Below, in pieces: positions 18,654 through 28,112 of a DNA stretch of 64,000 bases (the first letter of the stretch is position 1; the number at the start of each line of letters is the position of its first letter). The stretch lies in IMG/VR virus record IMGVR_UViG_3300028742_000011. One strand, 5' to 3'. The notes beneath the pieces are model-generated. The model saw only the letters and a list, made by a program, of their open reading frames with translations, was not told the origin of the DNA and ran no database searches. A program made the position numbers and the translations under genes. This DNA comes from a virus.

Positions 18654-18862
18654 GCACAGTCGAGCTTGTTCTCGTCCTTGTGGTGTACGTCCTCGCCCTG
18701 CCTGAGCTTCCGGCCCAGCATTGCTTCTGCGACAAGAGTGTGGACACGTACGCCCCGATGCGGGCCTGCGCTGATGCGCGGGTATCCTTTCTCATCAATG
18801 TACGTTCCGTAGATTTCTCCGTCTTCGCTATTCACGAAGCGCCCCTTCTCGTCTCTCGGCAT
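18569..18862 (-). CDS. HNH homing-endonuclease-like protein
   Basis: GYPRIS...VHTLVAEAMLG...DVHHKDENKLDCAWTNLEVIDHVAHG matches the HNH_3-type motif. Confidence 0.65.
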   Translation of the reverse strand: MPRDEKGRFVNSEDGEIYGTYIDEKGYPRISAGPHRGVRVHTLVAEAMLGRKLRQGEDVHHKDENKLDCAWTNLEVIDHVAHGKVSSASYQKSREKF

Positions 18863-19426
18863 CTAGCTGTTCCCCTGTGCTGCGTTGTTGATATAGCCCA
18901 TGCCGACCTGTTGATTCAAGGTGTCGGACTGCAAGGTGAACTGGTCACGAGCCGCCGCTTGCGCCTTGGCCGCCTGCTCCAGTGTGTGCTTCGCTACGCG
19001 CTTAGTCACCCAGTCTTCGAGTTGGTGTGCCACCTCAGGGAACACACCGGCTGCGCGGTCGTCGATCAGGTTGCCGTTGGCCTGAGCGTCCAATAGGATG
19101 CCGAGGCACGCACGGGCATGGCCGAGGTGATGCACACCAGAGTCTTCTGCTACCTCTTGCTTTTCAGCCCAGCTCTGAAGGTGTCGTAGAGCTGCGTGGA
19201 TGTAGATATTGGCGACTACGTTCTTCTCTCGCCAGTTGCGGTACCCGTACTTCAGGTCACCGTCGAGCATTGCACAAGCTTCGTGCGCCATCGCTACCGG
19301 GCACACTTGGCCCAGCGGGACTTTCTTACTGCCCTGAAGGTCTTTCGGATTTGTCGTTGTAGCCTTCGATTGTGCTGCCGTGTAGGGCAGGCAGCTTCCT
19401 ACCAGACTTAGATTGTTCGCTTGCAA
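18863..19426 (-). CDS. Hypothetical protein, possibly related to phage dATP/dGTP diphosphohydrolase N-terminal domains
   Basis: The DGDLKYGYRNWRE motif is recalled from phage dNTP pyrophosphohydrolase-like domains. This is a low-confidence memory-based call. Confidence 0.3.
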   Translation of the reverse strand: MQANNLSLVGSCLPYTAAQSKATTTNPKDLQGSKKVPLGQVCPVAMAHEACAMLDGDLKYGYRNWREKNVVANIYIHAALRHLQSWAEKQEVAEDSGVHHLGHARACLGILLDAQANGNLIDDRAAGVFPEVAHQLEDWVTKRVAKHTLEQAAKAQAAARDQFTLQSDTLNQQVGMGYINNAAQGNS

Positions 19427-19685
19427 AGCGTCTCCTCGCTTTTCGTTTCTTGAACCAGTGCTTCAGCTCGTCCCAGAACGTGATCTTCTGCACGTAAGCT
19501 TTCCACGGGTCACGGTGTATCAACTGCCACAGGCGCTTGTCGCCCGCGACCATGAACACGTCTCCAAGCTCGTAGTTCGCAAGAACTGAGCTAGGCTCTA
19601 CTATTTTTATCTTTGGCACTGAACAGCTCCTTGGTCTTACCAACGATCCAATCGACTGCCGCATTGTACCAGTGATATTGGACAA
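19326..19685 (-). CDS. Hypothetical protein
   Basis: ORF. Confidence 0.3.
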   Translation of the reverse strand: MSNITGTMRQSIGSLVRPRSCSVPKIKIVEPSSVLANYELGDVFMVAGDKRLWQLIHRDPWKAYVQKITFWDELKHWFKKRKARRRFASEQSKSGRKLPALHGSTIEGYNDKSERPSGQ

Positions 19686-19806
19686 CCACCATGTTACGGG
19701 CGGTTCTCTTTGTCACTATCCAGCGTGTGCCGTCTGTGTGGGTGATGATGTCTCCCACCTGATCTTGCCGTACGAGTTCTTCATCTACCACGAAAGGTTC
19801 AGACAT
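19591..19806 (-). CDS. Hypothetical protein
   Basis: ORF, first gene downstream of the promoter at 19898..19926. Confidence 0.3.
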   Translation of the reverse strand: MSEPFVVDEELVRQDQVGDIITHTDGTRWIVTKRTARNMVVVQYHWYNAAVDWIVGKTKELFSAKDKNSRA

Positions 19807-19897
19807 AGGTGTCCTTTAGAAAGACATGAGCAGCTTCTCCGGGTAGCGTGGTAACTCCGGCCTCTACTGCTCACGTCCTTAGGCTGATTTAGATGTT

Positions 19898-19926
19898 AGT
19901 GTACATCCGAGAACCGTGAATGTCAA
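19898..19926 (-). promoter_or_regulatory. Promoter TTGACA-N17-TACACT (minus strand)
   Basis: The + strand reads AGTGTA-N17-TGTCAA, the exact reverse complement of the conserved promoter. Confidence 0.55.
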
Positions 19927-19933
19927 TCTGTTT

Positions 19934-20203
19934 TTACGACCCTATTACCGAGATCACGTCGGCAGTCGTTCCGTCAATCCAGATGTCGTTGAGGTTTCCC
20001 TCACGCAAAGGAATCTGAACAGACAAGCCCTTCTCAAGCAGGTACCCAGTGGTTGCGGTCTCTGTGGGAGAGGCACTGATCGCTACGTTGGCAGTGTTAG
20101 TGCTTTTCGCAGTGACCGTAATCGAGTTCACCACCGGGATGTTCGGCAAGTTCTGCGGCGTCCCGGTGGTTGCGATTGCTACTTGTAAAGCTACTAAATT
20201 CAT
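19934..20203 (-). CDS. Hypothetical protein
   Basis: ORF. Confidence 0.35.
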   Translation of the reverse strand: MNLVALQVAIATTGTPQNLPNIPVVNSITVTAKSTNTANVAISASPTETATTGYLLEKGLSVQIPLREGNLNDIWIDGTTADVISVIGS

Positions 20204-20212
20204 TTCAGTCCT

Positions 20213-21580
20213 TTAGTCGATCTCCGTGTGGTAAAATTGAGCCACTAACCCACGATCTTTGTTCCAGACCAATGCTTCTGCGACTCGCAGGTTGCCGGTA
20301 AAGGTGTTGTCAGAGTGCCATGCGTCAGGCGGGCAGAGTGCGGAGAAGGTGCGTACACGTACGCCGAACTTCTCATCCAATGCCGTCTTGTGCTTGTGAC
20401 CCACGTGAATCTCGCGGAACTTAGTGCGACCGAACTCCTTAGGCCACTTCGATGCAAGCCACATGCCGTAGTCGGCCTGCTTACCTTCGTGCCCGTGGAC
20501 GAGAACGATGAAGCACTCACCCCACTCGACTGTCTTCGCCTTGGTCGGTTCGTTGTCTACGATAACGTCCTCGTAGTCATAGAAGCGACACTCAAGCGAA
20601 TCACCCATCGTGAAGGTGCTCAACGTATCGTGGTTGCCGGGGATGAGCTTTACCTCGACCGGCGCGATACGACGAAGCTTCTCGATTGTCTCCACCAGCA
20701 TCTTACGCACAGTCTTGTAGACCTTGTGGTAACGGCTGTCGGTGTCCACCTTGGTTCCGCTGTATGTGGTGCCCTGAATGTTGTCGGTCTGAAGCAGGTC
20801 GTTGCCGACGCCCAGAACGATCTTGTCAAAGCTGTACAGTGACGCCTGCGCTAGGAGCGAGTCCAGTGCGCGACGGTAGGTCTCGATGGAGATGTTCAGG
20901 TCGTAGTCCGCGTACCCAGTCTCCTTCGACCACGCAAGCTTGCCTGCATGGAGGTCGGGGATAAGCAGTTCGAGGATGTTGCCTGTACCGTGTACGCGCT
21001 GCTTGGTGTAGCGCGGTACGAAGCTGGCTCTGCTTTTCAGCTCAGCCTTCAGCTCCTCAATCTCTTCGCGTACCTCTTTGCCGTTCTTCTTTGGCTTGAA
21101 GGTCGCCTGTACTTGCCAGACGGGGGTGATGATGGGGGCCGTGGACTCGCGGTGCCAGTGTCGGCTAGAGCCTACGGTCTTGGGGAACCCGGCCATCGCC
21201 CACTGGTTGCACTTCCAGCGTTCCACTTCCCAGATGTCCAGATCGACATTACAGACATCCAGAAGCTCTTCGAGGGTTCGAATGTTCTTCTCGGACTTCT
21301 TGACGATCTTCATCTTGTCGTCGGCGTACTCTACGCTCTCGACTAACTGACTCTTATCTTGTGGTTGATTCGAATCACCCTTGCTCTCCTTTGGCTTCGG
21401 GCCGGAAGGCGTAACCAATACGCCAGCCGCCTGTAATGCTGCCCCGTACGATCCAAACACATTTCGAATTTGACGTTCGCTGTATTGTCCGTGTTCGAGG
21501 TAGACCGATCTGCTTGCCCCGCCATGCGCTGCGGCCACTCGCTTTAGGTCTCTTGTAATGTCCTTCTGTGCTCCGGTCAT
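20213..21580 (-). CDS. Calcineurin-like metallophosphoesterase (Mre11/SbcD-like) with an N-terminal extension
   Basis: Phosphoesterase motifs DLHAG, GVGND, GNHD, VHGHEG and GHKH. Confidence 0.7.
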   Translation of the reverse strand: MTGAQKDITRDLKRVAAAHGGASRSVYLEHGQYSERQIRNVFGSYGAALQAAGVLVTPSGPKPKESKGDSNQPQDKSQLVESVEYADDKMKIVKKSEKNIRTLEELLDVCNVDLDIWEVERWKCNQWAMAGFPKTVGSSRHWHRESTAPIITPVWQVQATFKPKKNGKEVREEIEELKAELKSRASFVPRYTKQRVHGTGNILELLIPDLHAGKLAWSKETGYADYDLNISIETYRRALDSLLAQASLYSFDKIVLGVGNDLLQTDNIQGTTYSGTKVDTDSRYHKVYKTVRKMLVETIEKLRRIAPVEVKLIPGNHDTLSTFTMGDSLECRFYDYEDVIVDNEPTKAKTVEWGECFIVLVHGHEGKQADYGMWLASKWPKEFGRTKFREIHVGHKHKTALDEKFGVRVRTFSALCPPDAWHSDNTFTGNLRVAEALVWNKDRGLVAQFYHTEID

Positions 21581-21622
21581 CTTCCTCCTGTGGTAGATTT
21601 GTCTTGCTTAGCCATTGTGAAT

Positions 21623-21651
21623 AGTGTACCCTATTCCGCGTCCAGTGTCAA
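21623..21651 (-). promoter_or_regulatory. Promoter TTGACA-N17-TACACT (minus strand)
   Basis: AGTGTA (21623-21628), N17, TGTCAA (21646-21651) on the + strand. It overlaps the 3' end of the upstream gene. Confidence 0.5.
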
Positions 21652-22062
21652 GTCCACCTTGGTGATCTTCTTTTTGACAGGTCGCTTAGTGACTTTGCGT
21701 GCTGGCTTGGAGCGGGCTGGCATCATCTGGGCCACTGGTGAAATGTAGAAGGTTCGGAAGTCCCCTCGCATTTCCTTTAGCTCCGAGACTACCGCTGATG
21801 TCTGTGAGTCGAGCTTTGTCTCCAGCTTCTCACTTAGGTTGTCGATTTTTGCTCCGAGGGATGTGATACCGCTGTTGACGTATCCCACACTTGTGTGCAA
21901 CTCTGCTAGGTCTTTCGTTCGTATTTGCTTCACCCAGTCGAATCCTTTATAGGTCGTGATGATGACAGCTACGACGAACGCAATAGACTTCCATTCAGTT
22001 GCCAGCCAGTTCACGAATTGAATCGCGTTGCTGACGTTATGGGAGTCAAGGGGTAGTTGCAT
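21631..22062 (-). CDS. Membrane protein (possible lysis accessory or spanin-like)
   Basis: N-terminal TM WKSIAFVVAVIITTY. Adjacent to the holin-like gene. Confidence 0.35.
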   Translation of the reverse strand: MQLPLDSHNVSNAIQFVNWLATEWKSIAFVVAVIITTYKGFDWVKQIRTKDLAELHTSVGYVNSGITSLGAKIDNLSEKLETKLDSQTSAVVSELKEMRGDFRTFYISPVAQMMPARSKPARKVTKRPVKKKITKVDLTLDAE

Positions 22063-22345
22063 CTGGGCCTCCGTCGTTCTTCTTGTTCATTACCTTGTTG
22101 ACACCGTAAGCGGCCTGCGCGCTGCCCACTAGTGCTGCTGCGCCCGCAAGATCGGGCATAGCGTGGTTATGGATGACGAGATAGCTGCCCCAGAGGATGA
22201 CGGCAACGATGATGAGAAACCCGGATGTACGGCTATAGGAGCCGGACCCATCGGGTTCAGACAGAACCTCGCGTAGAGGAGGCGGCAAGTACTTTTCGTA
22301 CTTCTCCAGCTTCCCCACTAGGGATGGAATGAATTTGAAAGCCAT
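22046..22345 (-). CDS. Small membrane protein, holin-like
   Basis: TM helix FLIIVAVILWGSYLVI plus a second hydrophobic segment and a charged C-terminus. Next to the putative hydrolase. Confidence 0.4.
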   Translation of the reverse strand: MAFKFIPSLVGKLEKYEKYLPPPLREVLSEPDGSGSYSRTSGFLIIVAVILWGSYLVIHNHAMPDLAGAAALVGSAQAAYGVNKVMNKKNDGGPDATTP

Positions 22346-22351
22346 ACGTCC

Positions 22352-22765
22352 TCACTTGAAGCAGGCGAAGGAATTGCTCTCGCATACGCGAGGGTGGCTC
22401 TCCTTGTCTGCCAGAATCTTATTCAGGAAGAACGGCGTGTTCACGCGGCGAAGGTCAGCCCAGTACATAGCGCCTTTTGCGTGATCCATCGTTTGATCGA
22501 AGATCGCTTCTACATCGTGAAGCAGATGGATGAACCCCGGTTCCCAGATTTGTGGCTTCTCTAGTGGTCGGCCAGCGTCCCCTGCATCTGCAAGGTACTT
22601 GGGCATGGTCTCGATCACGTCGAGGATGTTGCCCCAGCCGGACTTCACACGGTTCATCAAGCACGACATAATCATGCACGAGACCTGATGGCCGCCGTAT
22701 TCTTTACCGTAGAGCCAGCCCTGATATACGAGCTGGCCCTTCAGGTAATCGTCTTGTCTAAGCAT
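22352..22765 (-). CDS. SleB-like cell-wall hydrolase (Hydrolase_2 family) candidate endolysin
   Basis: CMIMSCLMNRVKSGWGNILDVI resembles the conserved (V/I)xNRVxS...fp.ti motif of SleB-type hydrolases. Memory-based. Confidence 0.4.
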   Translation of the reverse strand: MLRQDDYLKGQLVYQGWLYGKEYGGHQVSCMIMSCLMNRVKSGWGNILDVIETMPKYLADAGDAGRPLEKPQIWEPGFIHLLHDVEAIFDQTMDHAKGAMYWADLRRVNTPFFLNKILADKESHPRVCESNSFACFK

Positions 22766-25632
22766 TAGCTACTCTTTTTCTTTGGCTTGGGTTTGTCGTC
22801 CGTGCCAAGTCCGCGCATACCGGCCACCGACGAAGGTGGAAGTCCGGGTGCTCGTGGCGTGATCTTCAGGTTGCCCTTGGCATCTGTCTCCATCTTGTTG
22901 CTGGAGAGAGGTGTCTTCTCGATGTCGTCGAGCCACGGCTGTAGGCGGGCCTTTGTTTTGGCATCACCCTGCGTGTACTTCTGGACAATCGTAGCCTGCT
23001 TCTCACGTGGGATATCGGTCATCGTCTTGCCCTGCTTGCGCAGGCTGTCAACGTCAGAGATATCGAACGCGGAACCGTTCTGAGGATCGGCAGGAATCTT
23101 CGCCTGAATGCTAGGCGGGAGGTTGTTCTGCCACACGTGCGTTAGTTCATGCGCGGTCGTAGACGCCTTGTTGTCGTCGTACGCCTGCTGGTTGTTGATG
23201 CGGATGGTGTTGTTGCCAGCGCCCTGATCTACTTCTGCGACTGAACCGCGACCGTCAACCGCTGTGCCGCCCTGACCTTGTACTATGGTGGGCTGTACGG
23301 CGTGCTGCACGTTCTCTAGGGCCGGTGGTAGGGTTGCCCCCTTAGGGTCACCATACGTCGGCGCTGAGTCGTTGTTGTCACTAGGGACCGGTTCGTTGAG
23401 AGTAGGCTGCTGTGCGCCCGGAGCTATTGCAGCGTTAGCGCCCGCTTTGATGATGTTCTTAGCACCTGTGCCCGCGTCACGCACGAATGCGCCGGGACCG
23501 GCTGTACCAAGATCACCCTTCTCAGCAAGCTTACCTGCTGCACGGAATCCTGCCCACGTCTTAGGATGATTCGCAACGAAGTCTATGAGTTCTCGACCGT
23601 GCTGGATGCCACCTACGCCGCCCTCATGCCCTGCAACGAATGCCAGAAGTGTGGAGAGGCCCGCGCCCGCGACCGGTGAGATCGTACCCGCCGCTGCACC
23701 AACTCCGCCGATGAGTCCGGCACGGTTGAGTAGCTGAAGGTTCTTCACGGTCTTAGCATCGCCTGCCAAACTCTCCATGTAGTCCTTGGGTCCAATCGTC
23801 GGTGCGTTAGCTCCGAAGAAGTTCTCCTTGGTCTCATCAGTGAGCTTGTTCCATAGACCGGTGAACTTGGCCGCGTTGAATTGGCCGTTGTCCGAGGTCT
23901 TCTGTAGCAGGTTGCTGAACACATCCTTGGCGAAGTTACGACTAGCCTCAGGTCCAATGATCTGCTGGAGGTTGTCTAGGTTGAAGTCCTTTGCACCGCC
24001 CTTCGGTGCGCCCGAGGCGCTTTTGTAGCGAAGGAACGCACTGGCTGCTTCGTCTGACTTACCTTCCATCAGTCGCTTGATGATTGGGTTATCGTAGCGC
24101 CCGATCTGCTGGCGGTAGTTATTGCGGAGAGCCTGATAATCATCAAGAGCTTGCGCGGCCTCTGGATGGTCCGAGTTCTCCGCGATGTTCTGGATCGTGT
24201 CGTCGATTGCGGAACCGCCTGCACCGCCGTTCGCTGAGCCATCCCATAGGAGGGCATTCAACGCACGCTGGTCAGGGCTGCCCGGAACCGAGTCACGTGC
24301 GGCTTTGCCAACAGTCTGGCGGAAGCGCACTAGGTTCTCAATGTTCCAATCCGGCAGGTCTTCCTGCTTTGGCTCTACATCCGGCTGCTCGACGGCCTTA
24401 CCGTCCGCACCTAGGATAGTCGGCTTGTTCTTATTCGCTTCTGCGGCGGCCTCTTCAGCCTCTTCCGTGACGGGTGCCTTACCGCTGGCTGCCATCTCAA
24501 GTAGAGCGCGAGTCTTAGGTGAAAGCTTCTCGCCTGAGACTTCCTTAGCGCCCGTGGTCAGAGGGTGATCCTCTGGGTCCGGGTCTTGAAGAAGTTCTTT
24601 GGCCTTCTGCGCGATTGGCGAGGTCTCGTCGGCGGGAGCTGTTGCGTCTCCTAGTCGCCCTTGCAAGTCCTGAATACCAGTCTCGTAGTTCGCGTGGAGC
24701 TTGTCCTTCGCATTCTGCAATGCACCCTGAATGCGCTGGCCTACTGTGAGGCTGTCCGGCGCTGCGTTGGTTGCGTCCGCGAGGTCTCCTGCGGTTTCAC
24801 CAACCTTGCCAATAGCTTTTCCGACTGCCTTCGCCCCTGCTCCCAGTCCTGCACCCACCGTACCGAGTACGCCTGCGGTACCGGCCATCTCTGCACCAGA
24901 CTTCGCGGCTGCTCCAAGGTCTCCCCCAGTTCGGTCGAACGTCTGCGCTCCCTGCACTGTGCCTGCGCGTAACGCCTCAGAACCAATGCCGATGAGCTTT
25001 GCTATTTTGGGGTACTGCTGAACGAGCTGTGCTTCCTCAGGAGAAAGCTCTGCTGCTGCCTTCATGCCTGCGGTGCCCAGTTTGAGAGCGTTCATTAGTC
25101 GGGGTGACTGCTCGATGACTTTGAAGACCTGCGACATCTTCTGGAGCTTGTCGCCCATCGCTAGGCCCTTGAAGGCTGCTTCGCCGCCAAGGAACTCCAT
25201 GAGGGTTTCTCCGCCATAGCCCATCTCGTTGAGACCGGGGTTCTCGCGGTTCTGCTCCTGAAGGCGCTGCTGTCCCTCGTTCAATGAATCTGTAACAGTC
25301 TTCGGCACAATATCGTGACCGACAGTATGCTGTCCAACCTTATTGGCGATTGATGCTGCGCCCTGAAGGGTGCTCGTGAGTCCTTGGCCCATGCCGTTGC
25401 CAACTGCTTCTGCGCGGCTAGTCAAGTCCTGCACACCCTGACCGATGCGGTCATACCAAGGCGCGTTAGGATCGATTCCACCTACGTGGATAGCCGGGGC
25501 CTGCTGTGCGTCATGTGGTGCGTCGTCAACTGTATATCCCTGTGGCAAAGCCGACCCCTGTGAAGGGGCCGGTGCCGGGGAGTCATCGACTGTGTATCCA
25601 GCAGGAAGCTGCTGGCCGTTTGGCTGACTCAT
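22765..25632 (-). CDS. Large low-complexity virion/ejection-type protein (955 aa) with an HExxH motif
   Basis: Begins MSQPNGQ like its neighbour. Gly/Ala-rich with TAHELTHVWQ (HExxH) near the C-terminus. Confidence 0.45.
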   Translation of the reverse strand: MSQPNGQQLPAGYTVDDSPAPAPSQGSALPQGYTVDDAPHDAQQAPAIHVGGIDPNAPWYDRIGQGVQDLTSRAEAVGNGMGQGLTSTLQGAASIANKVGQHTVGHDIVPKTVTDSLNEGQQRLQEQNRENPGLNEMGYGGETLMEFLGGEAAFKGLAMGDKLQKMSQVFKVIEQSPRLMNALKLGTAGMKAAAELSPEEAQLVQQYPKIAKLIGIGSEALRAGTVQGAQTFDRTGGDLGAAAKSGAEMAGTAGVLGTVGAGLGAGAKAVGKAIGKVGETAGDLADATNAAPDSLTVGQRIQGALQNAKDKLHANYETGIQDLQGRLGDATAPADETSPIAQKAKELLQDPDPEDHPLTTGAKEVSGEKLSPKTRALLEMAASGKAPVTEEAEEAAAEANKNKPTILGADGKAVEQPDVEPKQEDLPDWNIENLVRFRQTVGKAARDSVPGSPDQRALNALLWDGSANGGAGGSAIDDTIQNIAENSDHPEAAQALDDYQALRNNYRQQIGRYDNPIIKRLMEGKSDEAASAFLRYKSASGAPKGGAKDFNLDNLQQIIGPEASRNFAKDVFSNLLQKTSDNGQFNAAKFTGLWNKLTDETKENFFGANAPTIGPKDYMESLAGDAKTVKNLQLLNRAGLIGGVGAAAGTISPVAGAGLSTLLAFVAGHEGGVGGIQHGRELIDFVANHPKTWAGFRAAGKLAEKGDLGTAGPGAFVRDAGTGAKNIIKAGANAAIAPGAQQPTLNEPVPSDNNDSAPTYGDPKGATLPPALENVQHAVQPTIVQGQGGTAVDGRGSVAEVDQGAGNNTIRINNQQAYDDNKASTTAHELTHVWQNNLPPSIQAKIPADPQNGSAFDISDVDSLRKQGKTMTDIPREKQATIVQKYTQGDAKTKARLQPWLDDIEKTPLSSNKMETDAKGNLKITPRAPGLPPSSVAGMRGLGTDDKPKPKKKSS

Positions 25633-25645
25633 GTATTACCTTTCC

Positions 25646-28102
25646 TTAGAAGAGCGTGTTCGCGCCGTTGAGCTGATAGCCCACGACGTTCTTCTGCGCA
25701 TCGCGGATAGCCTTAGCGCCATCAGGTAGCTGGCGTGCTGGCTGGCCTGAGTTCTGCCCATAGCCGCCACGAGAGAACGTCTTGTGATCGACGAGGTAGT
25801 CCGGTATGTCTTCACCCGTCACACGCTTGTACTGCTGAGCGGCATCGACTGAGACTGGCTTCTTACGCTCGATCATCTTTGGCAAAGAGCCGTCGTACTG
25901 ACGGTAGTTCTCTTCGATCTTATCCAGTGCTGCGCGGGCTGAGGTCTTCATGCTGTCCGGCACGGTGAGCAATGCCTTCGTAGCACTCTGAGTCTTACCG
26001 TCGTCGCCAACTGGGAAGAAGTCGTGATGGGAGTGCGCAAGTTCTGCCTCGCCCGGTTTGTTACCGTTCGCGTAGAAAGAGGCTGACTCTTCACCGGCCT
26101 TGTTCGCCATCGTGTTGTAAGCACCGCTGTAGCCGTTGACGGCTGCAAGTGGGTTAGCGTGGTATGCGTCCCACGTACGTCCCAAGTGCTCAAGGTACGT
26201 CGAGGCTGCTGCGCTAGTCTTTGCTCCCTTGCCGACGCCCGCGTACTCCTGTGCGGTCTTGGCGTAAGAGTTCATGTCGGTCATGTTGAAGCTTGGATCG
26301 TATGCGTGAACATCGGCGTTGATACTTCCGCCGAACTTCTTCGCACCGGCATACAAGCTCTGGATGTCCTTACCAGATGCAATCGCCTGAATGTACTTCG
26401 CACGCTCTGGATCGATTTTCGCCAACGCATCCAAGAACGCATGGTTTACACCATCAGGGTTCTTGTAGTTCGCATCAGTGATCGTCGACGCAAGCTCTGG
26501 GTGGGTCAGGTTGTCGATAGCATCCGAACCCGAAGCCTTACCCTTTGCAGGAATCCCGTTCTTGACATTCGTGTCAATAGATGCCTGCGTACGGCTTGCC
26601 TCGTCCTTGTAGACGGAAGCTGACTTGATGTACGCTGCGGTCTGCTCTTCACGACGCTTCGAAGCTTCCTCAAGAGGAAGGACTGCTGCCTTCTCGGTTA
26701 CCGCTGCTTGAGCCTTACGGACTGCCTCATCTGCCGCCGTCTTATCAGCGGATTGCTTGAAGGCATCCTGCGGGATAAGGTTGCGGTACTGTGCGATGAC
26801 GTTAGGATCAACCTTGTTCTTCTCCATCATGTCCACAGCCTTGTCGAACGGGACGTTCGAGTACTGGCCGATGATCTTCAATCCGGTAGGAGTGATATCA
26901 CCTGATGCGAGTGACTGGCGAAGGTTTGCATCGAACTGAGTTGCCTCAGCGTCCCCGCCCTTCAACTGTGCGAACTGCTTGTTGATCTGATTCTCTGTGA
27001 TCTGGTAGCCCTGAGCAATCGCCATACCGCCAACAACGAGACCCGCCTTGATACCGGCGCTGCCCGTGAAGTTCTTCGGCACTGCGTTGCCCTTGTCGTC
27101 CAGAGTGAAGTAGCCGGGGATACGCATATCCGCGAGAAGCTTGGCCGTCTGCTGTGGAAGCTCGATCTTCTTTTGAGGATCGATGACGGTGTAAGTATTC
27201 TCGTAGTGGTCACTGCCGTCTGGGTTCTTGCCTACCTGAACCACACCGTCAGGGATCGCCATATCCTTCGTCACATGGTACTTGGACAGAAGGTCACTTT
27301 CGTGAACGCCGGATTCTAGTGCCGCGCCGACTGCATTTACATTTTCAAGGATTGGCTTGGCGACATCCGAGAGCTGCTGATGATACTGCTGCTCCATGAC
27401 CGACGTGCGTAGTGCGTTCTGATGTGTCTGGAAGTTGGTCTGGGTGACCTGAGCCTGACGTGCCTGATCCTGAGCTGCCTGAGCCTGCTGCTGGGCATCC
27501 TGCTGCTGACGCTGTGCCATGACCTGCTGAGCACCGCCCGCCGCTGCGCGACCCTCTGCACCCGGTCCCTTTTCGCCTAGGCCGCTGAGTGCGCCGGTAA
27601 GAGCCGCGATAGCGATGGCTTTCCCGATCTGGCCGTTCGACATCTGGACTGGCGTATCGATACGCTTTCCGGTGTTCGGGTCAAACGTCGTCTGGATACG
27701 CGGACCGCCGCCGAGTGCCTGAGCAATCGAGTGGATGATCCCGCCTGCCTTGACTAGGGGGTGGGTAGCTGGGTTGTTCGGATCGTTGGCCGGAAGGCCC
27801 TGAGAGGAACCGGATTTATCCGCAGGAGGGGTGTTCGGTCCCACTTGGGGTCCACCCTGATCCTGAGATGCCGGTTGCTGGCCCGCATTGCCACTTCCTT
27901 GCCCCTGAGGGGTCTGGGAGGTAGGGTTGGGTGTTCCGGGGGTATCGGACGCGCCTGAGGCGTTTACTGAGGTTGCGTCCCCGGCGTCAGGGAGGGTAGC
28001 TGCCTGATTGGGTGCCGGGGCCTGTGTGTTGTCACCTGTCCAGTTCTGGTTAGGAGCTGGGATAGGCTGCTGCTGGTCGTTCTGTCCGTTAGGCTGGCTC
28101 AT
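25646..28102 (-). CDS. Large low-complexity virion/ejection-type protein (818 aa), paralogue of the 955-aa protein
   Basis: Same MSQPNGQ N-terminus and a similar upstream translation-initiation sequence. Gln/Ala-rich coiled-coil middle. Confidence 0.45.
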   Translation of the reverse strand: MSQPNGQNDQQQPIPAPNQNWTGDNTQAPAPNQAATLPDAGDATSVNASGASDTPGTPNPTSQTPQGQGSGNAGQQPASQDQGGPQVGPNTPPADKSGSSQGLPANDPNNPATHPLVKAGGIIHSIAQALGGGPRIQTTFDPNTGKRIDTPVQMSNGQIGKAIAIAALTGALSGLGEKGPGAEGRAAAGGAQQVMAQRQQQDAQQQAQAAQDQARQAQVTQTNFQTHQNALRTSVMEQQYHQQLSDVAKPILENVNAVGAALESGVHESDLLSKYHVTKDMAIPDGVVQVGKNPDGSDHYENTYTVIDPQKKIELPQQTAKLLADMRIPGYFTLDDKGNAVPKNFTGSAGIKAGLVVGGMAIAQGYQITENQINKQFAQLKGGDAEATQFDANLRQSLASGDITPTGLKIIGQYSNVPFDKAVDMMEKNKVDPNVIAQYRNLIPQDAFKQSADKTAADEAVRKAQAAVTEKAAVLPLEEASKRREEQTAAYIKSASVYKDEASRTQASIDTNVKNGIPAKGKASGSDAIDNLTHPELASTITDANYKNPDGVNHAFLDALAKIDPERAKYIQAIASGKDIQSLYAGAKKFGGSINADVHAYDPSFNMTDMNSYAKTAQEYAGVGKGAKTSAAASTYLEHLGRTWDAYHANPLAAVNGYSGAYNTMANKAGEESASFYANGNKPGEAELAHSHHDFFPVGDDGKTQSATKALLTVPDSMKTSARAALDKIEENYRQYDGSLPKMIERKKPVSVDAAQQYKRVTGEDIPDYLVDHKTFSRGGYGQNSGQPARQLPDGAKAIRDAQKNVVGYQLNGANTLF

Positions 28103-28112
28103 GATACCTTTC

